DNA of 64,000 nt from contig CADBPR010000030.1 of NCBI GenBank assembly GCA_902796555.1, positions 20-64,019 of the forward strand, written 5' to 3'. A model generated the notes under the pieces. It saw nothing but the letters and a program-made list of their open reading frames with translations, ran no database searches and was not told where the DNA came from. The position numbers and the translations under genes are program-made. Position 1 is the first letter of the stretch. The number at the start of each line of letters is the position of its first letter. Positions 56,516 to 64,000 of the stretch are shown in pieces. Source of the stretch: an uncultured Bacteroidia bacterium (GTDB lineage Bacteria > Bacteroidota > Bacteroidia > Bacteroidales > UBA932).

Positions 56516-57407
56516 GCAGCACCTGCCGGAACCACTTCAACGAGCAGTGCCGCTGCAGCGGTATGGCGGCGGCCTTATCTTTCAGAGAGGGATATTCTGT
56601 AAACAGCTCAGGAGCAGCGCGATAAGCCGTCCATGCGGCCCGCAGCAGCATGCCGTCCCGGATGCCGGCTACGGGCGAAGGCTCTTTTCCTTCACTGAAT
56701 GCGATGAAATCCAAGAAGTTGCGGGCAGTCTGCGCATCTCGCAAACGGCTGTCGGATTGGGAAATAGAGGTCCCGGTTCCCCGACGGTAATGATAGAGGG
56801 CCTGCGGCAGATGCGCCATCCGCCGGCAGCGCTGCAACAACTGCGCGCTGACCACCATATCCTCGCTCATCCCGAAACGCGGCCAGAAAAAGTCCGCATA
56901 CAGTTCCCGGCGCGCAAATTTGTTGACGGTATAGCCGCCGGCCCGGAAACGGTAGATGTCCTGCAGATACCGCTGCATCCCGTCCGGACCGTAGTCCCGC
57001 TCCCGAAAGACCTGTGTATAACGGCCATACTCTTTTTTCACATCGAAATACACCAGGTCCGCCGCCGATTCCCGCGCCTTTTCCAGCAGCAGCCGGATGG
57101 CGTCCGCTTCCAGCCAATCGTCGGAATCCACATGCAGAATCCATTCCCCGCGGGCCGCAGCGACGCCGTCCCGACGGGCGGCCGGCAGCCCTTCGTTCAC
57201 CTTGTCCAGAATCCGGACCCGGTCCCGCAGGGAGGGGAATTCTTCCTTCAGCACCGCACACAAACGCTCCCGGGAACGGTCCGTACAACCGTCCTGGACA
57301 AAAATAAACTCCGTATCCTCCCAGGTCTGGGAAAACAGCGACCGGGCGCAATCCGCGATATAGGATTCCACCTGATAAACGGGTACGACTACGGAAACGA
57401 GACTCAT
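56496..57407 (-). CDS. GT2 family glycosyltransferase
   Basis: VSVVVPVY, DG.TD, GL..AR..G, HVDSDDW, ED motif. Confidence 0.92.
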   Translation of the reverse strand: MSLVSVVVPVYQVESYIADCARSLFSQTWEDTEFIFVQDGCTDRSRERLCAVLKEEFPSLRDRVRILDKVNEGLPAARRDGVAAARGEWILHVDSDDWLEADAIRLLLEKARESAADLVYFDVKKEYGRYTQVFRERDYGPDGMQRYLQDIYRFRAGGYTVNKFARRELYADFFWPRFGMSEDMVVSAQLLQRCRRMAHLPQALYHYRRGTGTSISQSDSRLRDAQTARNFLDFIAFSEGKEPSPVAGIRDGMLLRAAWTAYRAAPELFTEYPSLKDKAAAIPLQRHCSLKWFRQVLLKRAMR

Positions 57408-58333
57408 CGCAAAAACACGTTCGTGGCCACTTTCAGCACACATTGGGAAACCAAGGGAATCCGGTGGAACGGAATGAAAGGCAGATGGCGGGCCATCTCC
57501 AACAGGTAAGGCCGTTCGCGGAAAAGGTCCCGGTCCAGCGTATAAGCCACCCAGGCGGCACGCAGAATCAAATCCGAAAGGACCGGTTCTACGGGCGACC
57601 CGGGCAGGCGGTCCCGGTAAAACTCATAGAAATCCAAATAGTTACGGGCCATCTGGCCCCGGCGCTTCTTCTTGGCCACGCGGGTGGAAGCGGAGGGATT
57701 GTTCCGCCGGTAATGCACCAGGGGCACATTCAGATGCACCAGGCTCCCGGCCTTATAAAGCATCTGGGTAGCCATCACCACATCCTCGTGCATGTTGTAC
57801 GAAGGGATGAACATGTCTTCATACAGGCGCCGGCGAGCAAACTTATTCCACAGATACCCGTAGGCTTTGTCCCGATACAGGCGTTTCATATAGGTGAGCC
57901 GGGTCCGGGCACTGTATTCCCGTTCCACATCCAGTTTGGACCGGTAAGAGTATTCTTTCCAGAAATCGTGGTACACCAGGTCGGCGCCCGTTTCCAGGGC
58001 CTTGTTCACCAGCTTTTCGACAGCGTCAGGTTCTATCCAGTCATCAGAATCCAGATGCATGATGTATTCCCCTTCCGCCAGTGCCAGACCGGCGGCACGC
58101 GCCTTCGGCAGTCCCACATTGGACTGTCTGTGTATCAGGACATTCCGTTCCGGATAATCGGCCAAAACGCCTTCCAGCACCTCCACCGCCCGGTCCGGAC
58201 TTCCGTCGTCGACGAAGATATACTGGATGTGCGGCCAGGTCTGCGCCATCAGGGAGCGGGCACACTGGGCGATATAATCCTGCGTTCCGTAAATCGGGAC
58301 GATAATCGAGACAAGGGGACGGGACGTATTCAT
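57404..58333 (-). CDS. GT2 family glycosyltransferase (paralog of the neighbour)
   Basis: VSIIVPIY, VDDGSPD, GL.KAR..G, HLDSDDW, WNKFARR.LY, HED. Confidence 0.92.
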   Translation of the reverse strand: MNTSRPLVSIIVPIYGTQDYIAQCARSLMAQTWPHIQYIFVDDGSPDRAVEVLEGVLADYPERNVLIHRQSNVGLPKARAAGLALAEGEYIMHLDSDDWIEPDAVEKLVNKALETGADLVYHDFWKEYSYRSKLDVEREYSARTRLTYMKRLYRDKAYGYLWNKFARRRLYEDMFIPSYNMHEDVVMATQMLYKAGSLVHLNVPLVHYRRNNPSASTRVAKKKRRGQMARNYLDFYEFYRDRLPGSPVEPVLSDLILRAAWVAYTLDRDLFRERPYLLEMARHLPFIPFHRIPLVSQCVLKVATNVFLR

Positions 58334-59163
58334 ATCACGGAAGAAAAACGGTCCGGAATCCGGACAATCAGTTTCAGCTCAAACATAGCCGGTTTGTTCC
58401 AGGCATAGGGCGGCCGGCACCAGGTCTGGACCCGGCGGGCGAAACGGACGCTGCGGTCCCAGTCCCGCACCGGAAGGGTCGAACACAGCCGGATGGTTTC
58501 CGAACGCTTCTCCAGGTGGCGTTGCCAACCGGCGGCCAGACGGTCCTGGTCGCTGAAACGGGCCCGGATGCGCGCCTGGTCAAAGTAGCCGAAGTGGAAA
58601 AGATACAAATCTTTGGCTATATGGAAGTTATGACCCTTTATCCGATGGAAGCCGCTTCCCCACTCCAGCGGACGGGCCATCACGGAAGCCTTGGTATAGC
58701 GGGTGCAGAGCCGGGCGTAATGCCGCTGCGACAGGAACGGGGCATCCGTCGTAATGTCTCCCTCTTCGCCCAGCCGCTGGCCGACGTCCACGCCCAGGCC
58801 GGAAACACTCGTGCGGATATCCAGCCCGGACAGATATTGGGCAAGCGACAGCCCCAGCGCAGGGTCCACCGCCAAAATCTCGTCGGCATCCGTCCCGATT
58901 ACCAGGTCGTAGCGGTCAAACAGTTCCCGGGCCTTGGCGGAAATCAGGCGAATCCGCCCCTTGTCTGCGGCGGCCACCTGCCCCTGCACCCGTTCACAGG
59001 GAATGACATGGGCCTTGGGGCACCAGTCCGGCAGCGGGTCATCCAAGCCGTCTACCAGGATATAGAGGTTCTCCTCACCCAGTTCCCGGCCATAATATTC
59101 GGTCCACTTGCGGAGGTAGAAATGGTCGTTTCGGACCATCGTGATGGCTGCTATCTTTTTCAT
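58330..59163 (-). CDS. GT2-like (Glyco_tranf_2_4) glycosyltransferase
   Basis: ITMVRND..YL.KW..YY, TDADE, W..GFH, LFHF. Confidence 0.8.
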   Translation of the reverse strand: MKKIAAITMVRNDHFYLRKWTEYYGRELGEENLYILVDGLDDPLPDWCPKAHVIPCERVQGQVAAADKGRIRLISAKARELFDRYDLVIGTDADEILAVDPALGLSLAQYLSGLDIRTSVSGLGVDVGQRLGEEGDITTDAPFLSQRHYARLCTRYTKASVMARPLEWGSGFHRIKGHNFHIAKDLYLFHFGYFDQARIRARFSDQDRLAAGWQRHLEKRSETIRLCSTLPVRDWDRSVRFARRVQTWCRPPYAWNKPAMFELKLIVRIPDRFSSVI

Positions 59164-61967
59164 ATCCGAAGGAATTCCGCCGTCCGGGAACGGCTGTCAT
59201 GAACGAGGTCTTCCGGCGTGCCGGCAAAGACCACTTCCCCGCCGCCGTCACCTGCTTCCGGCCCGAGGTCAATCACCCAGTCCGCGGCCCGGATGACATC
59301 CAGGTTATGCTCCACGACCACGATGGTGTGGCCCTTGGCCAGCAGCATATCGAAGGATTTCAGCAGTTTTTCCACATCGTAGAAATGCAGGCCCGTGGTC
59401 GGTTCGTCAAAAATAAAGAGGATTTTCTTGCGGGTGTCGTCCTCCGCCGCAGACAGGAAGGAGGCCAGTTTCACGCGCTGGCTTTCGCCGCCGGAAAGCG
59501 TGCTGCTGCTCTGCCCCAATTTGATATAGGACAGTCCCACATCCACCAGCGGCTGCAATCTCTTCGCAATCAGCTGTGCTTCCGGCTCCGGCTGCGCACC
59601 GAAGAAGGCAATGGCCTCGTCCACCCCCATGTTTAGGATATCGTCGATATTCTTCTCCCGGTAGCGCACTTCCAGGATATCCGGTTTGAAGCGTTTGCCG
59701 CCGCAGGACTCGCAGACCATCGTCACGTCGGCCATGAACTGCATCCCGATCCGGACGAATCCGTCGCCCTGGCACTCGGGGCAGCGTCCGCCGTCCTGAT
59801 TGAAAGAAAAGAACGAGGGGGTATAGCCGTTCAGTTTGGCATATTGCTGGGCCGCCATCAATTTCCGGATGTCGTCATAGACTTTCAGATAGGTGACGGC
59901 ATTGGAACGGCTGCTCTTGCCGATTGGATTCTGGTCGACATATTCCACCTGCGCGATGCGGTCCAGGTTGCCGGACAGGCCCCGGAACAGGCCGGGCAGC
60001 GGGCCGGACTCATTGATGCGCCGGTACAGGGCCGGATAGAGGATGTCGCCGACCAGGGAAGACTTTCCGCTTCCACTCACGCCGGACACGACCGTCAGCA
60101 CCCCCAGCGGAAAACGGACGTTGATATCCTTGAGGTTGTGTTCCATGGCCCCGTCTACACCGATGCTGTAGTTCCAGCGGCGCTTTTCCCGCCGGTAGCG
60201 GGGCCGTTGCCCGTCCAGATACTGAAGGGTCAGGGAGCGCTGGATGACCTCGGGCGGATAGGAAGCCGACAACGGCCCCTGGAACATGACTTCTCCGCCG
60301 TAGATACCGGCCCGCGGTCCCATATCGATAATTTCGTCGGCCGCCCGCATAATCTCCTCATCGTGCTCCACGACGATAACGGTGTTGCCGATATCCCGCA
60401 GTTTGCGCAGGACGCGGATCAGCCGCTGGGTATCGCGGGGATGCAGGCCGATGCTGGGTTCGTCCAGGATATACATGGAGCCGACCAGGGAACTGCCCAG
60501 TGCGGTCACCAGGTTCACGCGCTGGCTTTCACCGCCGGACAGGGTGTTGGTCGCCCGGTCCAGGGTCAGGTAGCCCAGACCGACATCTTCGATATAGCGC
60601 AGGCGGGACGTCACTTCCTCGACGGCCTTCCGGACAATCCGCCGCTCATATTCGGAAAGCTGCAGCCGGCCGAAAAAGTCCAGCAGGTCCTCGACCGTCA
60701 TCTGCAGCAGCTCGTGGATGTTCTTGCCGCCCACGCGTACGTAGAGGGCGTCCGGACGAAGCCGGCTGCCATGACAGACCGGACAGGTGGTCCGCCCGGA
60801 AAAGCGGCTCAGCATGTATTTGTACTGAATCTTATAGCGGTTGGCTTCGACCCATTCAAAAAATTCATTCAGGCCGAAAAAGGTATTCGGGTCCTGCTCG
60901 TCGCCCCGTGTTTCCCATACCAGGCGGCGCTGGGCCTCCGTCAGTTCGCACCAGGGCGCGAAAACGGGGATGCCGTAGTTGCCGGCCACCTTGACCAGCT
61001 GGTCTTTGAACCAGCCCATTTTTTCGCCGCGCCAGCAGAGGATGGCCCCGTCGTAGATGCTCTTGGTCTTGTCCGGGATGACCAGGTCCTCGCTGATGCC
61101 GATGATTTTGCCCAATCCCCCGCACTCCGGGCAGGCGCCCAGCGGGCTGTTGAAACTGAACATATACTCGTCGGGCTCCCGGAAGGTCATGCCGTCCGCT
61201 TCGAAATGGGACGAAAACTTCTGCAGGATGCCGTCGCGGACCAGGTACATCGTTCCGCGGCCGATGCTGAAGCAGTTTTCCACCGAGGAATGGAGCCGGG
61301 CAAGCAGGTCCTCGTCCGGGTCGGCCGTGACCTTGGCCCGGTCGACCAGCAGATACAAGGATTCCGGCCAGTCGCCGTGTTCCGAACGTTGCATCACCTC
61401 TTCAATCCGAATCATCGACTGCCCGTCCCAGAAGCGGGAATACCCCTGCTCTTTGAGGTCCAGCATCAGTTCCACCTTGTCGGCGCGCTCCGACCAGCCG
61501 ATTTCGGCCAGCAGCAGGACAGCGCTGTCCCCGCCGGAAAGGAGCGCGTCCATCACGTCATTGACATGATGGCATTTGACTTCTTCGCCGCTGACCGGAG
61601 AAAAGGTCCGGCCAATCCGTGCGAAAATCAGGCGGATATAGTCGTAGATTTCCGTTGTCGTAGCAACTGTGGACCGGGGATTGCGGACATTGACTTTCTG
61701 CTCGATGGCGATGGCCGGGGGAACGCCTTCAATCTTCTCCACATCCGGCTTGGACATCCGTCCGAGGAACTGCCGCGCATAGGAAGAAAGGCTTTCGGCA
61801 AAACGGCGCTGCCCTTCGGCAAAAAGGGTATCGAAGGCCAGTGAGGACTTCCCGGACCCGGAAATGCCGGTAATCACGACAAAACGGTTCCGGGGTATCG
61901 AAACCGTGATATCCTTCAAATTATTGACTTTCGCCCTTTTGATGACAATATTCCCTTCCTGCGGCAT
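59160..61967 (-). CDS. uvrA: Excinuclease ABC subunit A
   Basis: Two ABC domains (GISGSGKSS, GVSGSGKSS), LSGGE.QR, LDEPSIGLH, zinc-finger CxxC pairs; start placed at MPQEG. Confidence 0.97.
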   Translation of the reverse strand: MPQEGNIVIKRAKVNNLKDITVSIPRNRFVVITGISGSGKSSLAFDTLFAEGQRRFAESLSSYARQFLGRMSKPDVEKIEGVPPAIAIEQKVNVRNPRSTVATTTEIYDYIRLIFARIGRTFSPVSGEEVKCHHVNDVMDALLSGGDSAVLLLAEIGWSERADKVELMLDLKEQGYSRFWDGQSMIRIEEVMQRSEHGDWPESLYLLVDRAKVTADPDEDLLARLHSSVENCFSIGRGTMYLVRDGILQKFSSHFEADGMTFREPDEYMFSFNSPLGACPECGGLGKIIGISEDLVIPDKTKSIYDGAILCWRGEKMGWFKDQLVKVAGNYGIPVFAPWCELTEAQRRLVWETRGDEQDPNTFFGLNEFFEWVEANRYKIQYKYMLSRFSGRTTCPVCHGSRLRPDALYVRVGGKNIHELLQMTVEDLLDFFGRLQLSEYERRIVRKAVEEVTSRLRYIEDVGLGYLTLDRATNTLSGGESQRVNLVTALGSSLVGSMYILDEPSIGLHPRDTQRLIRVLRKLRDIGNTVIVVEHDEEIMRAADEIIDMGPRAGIYGGEVMFQGPLSASYPPEVIQRSLTLQYLDGQRPRYRREKRRWNYSIGVDGAMEHNLKDINVRFPLGVLTVVSGVSGSGKSSLVGDILYPALYRRINESGPLPGLFRGLSGNLDRIAQVEYVDQNPIGKSSRSNAVTYLKVYDDIRKLMAAQQYAKLNGYTPSFFSFNQDGGRCPECQGDGFVRIGMQFMADVTMVCESCGGKRFKPDILEVRYREKNIDDILNMGVDEAIAFFGAQPEPEAQLIAKRLQPLVDVGLSYIKLGQSSSTLSGGESQRVKLASFLSAAEDDTRKKILFIFDEPTTGLHFYDVEKLLKSFDMLLAKGHTIVVVEHNLDVIRAADWVIDLGPEAGDGGGEVVFAGTPEDLVHDSRSRTAEFLRI

Positions 61968-62079
61968 ATGCAAATCCAAATAAGTTTGTAAAGATACGCA
62001 TAATTTGGCACTTTTCCGCATGGGACGCGCTTGGGAATAACTTTTGCAATAAAATCATGCTGATACCCGCAAAAATGAT

Positions 62080-62087
62080 TAACTTTG
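62080..62087 (+). promoter_or_regulatory. -7 promoter box (TAACTTTG)
   Basis: TAnnTTTG match upstream of ATG 62111. Confidence 0.6.
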
Positions 62088-62110
62088 TTATTCGTTTCGA
62101 TTGAATCGGG

Positions 62111-64000
62111 ATGAAAAAGTGGCTCTTCATATGCGCAACATTGCTGCTGCCCCTGCTTCTTGATGCCCAGAGCACCAAGGTGCGGGGTCGTGTAACGGAT
62201 GCCGATACGGGGGAAGGCATTCCCTTCGTCGGGGTCTATTACAAAGGGACCACCATCGGTATTTCCACCGACCTGAACGGTAATTACAGCATCGAGACGC
62301 GCGACCCGGCCGCCAAGATTCTGACGGCGGCGATTCTGGGATACGACACCCAGGAGGCCGAAGTCCAGCAACATGCCTTCCAGGTCATCAATTTCCAGCT
62401 CAAGACAACGACCAACCACCTCAACGCCAGCCTGGTCAAACCGGACAACCGGCGCATGAAGAAGATGCTGCGGCTGATCAACGAGCGGAAGGAATTCAAC
62501 GACCCGGAACGGAAAGCCGCCTATAACTGTGACGTTTACACCCGGATGGAACTGGACCTGACCGACCCGCAGTCGCAGATTCCTTCCAACGCCTTCTGGC
62601 GCGACTTCGACTTTACGCTCGCCTATATGGACACCTCCGTAGTGTCCGGGCAGCCGTGCCTGCCGGTCATGATTTCGGAGACCAAGTCGCGCAAATTCCA
62701 CGGCCGCAACCCCTACGTCAACAAAGAAATCATCGAAGCCAACCGGATTTCCGGCATCGAAGACGAGAACTTCGTTTCGCAGTTCACCGGCACGATGCAC
62801 CTCAAGACCAATTTCTACCAGGATTTCATCAATGTCTTCGAGCAGCGCATCCCCTCCCCGCTGATCAGCACCGGTTTCCTGTATTACGACTACTACCTCA
62901 TCGACAGCCTCAAGATAGACGGACGCAAGACCTATTACATCCGTTTCCACCCCGCCAAGATGGTGTCCAGCCCTGTCTTTGACGGAGAAATGAAGATTGA
63001 CGCCGAGGATTACGCCCTGCGGGAAATCCACGCGAAACTGGCCCGGACCGGCACCATCAACTGGGTCCGCGACCTGGTTCTGGACAGCGAGAATCAGCGG
63101 GTGGACAGCACCTGGTTCTACAAGAACGACAAGATGTACATCGATATGTGCGTCTTCCTGACCGACTCGACCAACCTGACTTCCATCATCGGCAACCGGC
63201 AGATGTCTTTCGGCACCCCGGAATTCTCCCTGCCGAAGGACAACCGGACCCTGAATGAGATGAACGGCATGGTCCTGGTCGATTTCAAGGCCGACAAAGA
63301 CGAAGCGTACTGGCAGGCAGCCCGTCCCTTCCCGCTGTCGAAAAAAGAAGCCGGCATCTATGAGATGGTGGATAAAGTCAAGACGGTCCCCTTCTACAAC
63401 GCCGCCTATGCCGTCGTCAACATTTTCCTGAACAGTTACCTGGATATCGGCAAAATCGGCTTCGGCCCCATCGACCAGATTATCAGCAAAAACGGCATGG
63501 AGGGCATTCGCACCGTGCTGGGCGTACACACCTCCCCGAAGTTCAGCAAGCAGGTCCGATTTACCCTGTACGGAGCCTTGGGATTCAAAGATATCAAGGA
63601 ACACGGCGTGAAATTCGGCGGCACCTTCGAATACCTTTTCAGCAAGGATCCGACACGGAAACTGACCGTTTTCGCCCGCCACGATTCCGAACAGTTCGGC
63701 CGTGGCACGAACCTGTCCACCTCCGGCAACATCTTCTCTTCCGTGCTCTCCCGCGGCGGCGACAAGCGCTGCATGATCAACGAGTACCAAATCAAGTACG
63801 AGCATGAGAGCAGCATGAACTTCAACCAGACCTTCGAGGTGGTCGGGCGCATGATATACGGGAACGAGCAGTTTGTACCGTTGAAGCGGTACATCCCGCA
63901 GCAGGTGCTCGCCGACGGGGTGGAGCGCCAGATGGAAAACGTCCCCTGGTTCGGCTATACCCAGTTCCATTACGGAGCCCGCCTGTCCTGGGAAGAGACC
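62111..64000 (+). CDS. Outer membrane protein, CarboxypepD_reg-like + DUF5686 (partial, runs off window end)
   Basis: Hand translation MKKWLFICATLLLPLLLDAQSTKVRGRVTDADTGEGIPFVGVYYKGTTIGISTDLNGNYSI..., LPVMISET, SPL..YDYYLIDS, YWQAARP.PL. Not in the ORF track because no stop falls within the window. Confidence 0.85.
   Translation, partial: MKKWLFICATLLLPLLLDAQSTKVRGRVTDADTGEGIPFVGVYYKGTTIGISTDLNGNYSIETRDPAAKILTAAILGYDTQEAEVQQHAFQVINFQLKTTTNHLNASLVKPDNRRMKKMLRLINERKEFNDPERKAAYNCDVYTRMELDLTDPQSQIPSNAFWRDFDFTLAYMDTSVVSGQPCLPVMISETKSRKFHGRNPYVNKEIIEANRISGIEDENFVSQFTGTMHLKTNFYQDFINVFEQRIPSPLISTGFLYYDYYLIDSLKIDGRKTYYIRFHPAKMVSSPVFDGEMKIDAEDYALREIHAKLARTGTINWVRDLVLDSENQRVDSTWFYKNDKMYIDMCVFLTDSTNLTSIIGNRQMSFGTPEFSLPKDNRTLNEMNGMVLVDFKADKDEAYWQAARPFPLSKKEAGIYEMVDKVKTVPFYNAAYAVVNIFLNSYLDIGKIGFGPIDQIISKNGMEGIRTVLGVHTSPKFSKQVRFTLYGALGFKDIKEHGVKFGGTFEYLFSKDPTRKLTVFARHDSEQFGRGTNLSTSGNIFSSVLSRGGDKRCMINEYQIKYEHESSMNFNQTFEVVGRMIYGNEQFVPLKRYIPQQVLADGVERQMENVPWFGYTQFHYGARLSWEET

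Overview
GC-rich (roughly 60% by eye) Bacteroidales chromosomal segment: TAnnTTTG -7 promoter boxes, SusC/SusD, BACON and DUF5686 genes, and no Shine-Dalgarno usage evident. Order: trpS (partial), a phospholipid gene pair, a vWA lipoprotein, and a CNNM-BACON-M6-M6 protease operon. Next is a ~28.6-kb polysaccharide utilization locus (9391-38031): ROK kinase, XylR-type regulator, SusC, SusD, twin surface lipoproteins, a double-SIS enzyme, GH2, GH20, three GH-like unknowns (including DUF6259 and DUF4855), a NAGPA-type phosphodiester glycosidase, four exported Gfo/Idh/MocA-type oxidoreductases, a signal-less ApbE flavin transferase and a small membrane protein. After it come a structured inverted-repeat element, a DUF4493/DUF6359 lipoprotein, an M16 peptidase, tRNA-Gly(CCC) with a duplicated hairpin in its leader, a candidate ~75-nt sRNA, and uvrD/pcrA. 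The rest holds nqrABCDEF (nqrF has an in-frame TAG at a Lys position), two type V pilin-like genes, rmlC/rmlD, tagD-like and glycosyltransferase genes, uvrA, and a partial DUF5686 gene. The best candidate for an undescribed system is the amino-sugar/phosphodiester-glycan PUL with its extracytoplasmic redox plus flavin-transferase cassette. The other highlights are the anti-start-codon sRNA and the interrupted nqrF. All family calls come from motif recognition by eye, not database searches.
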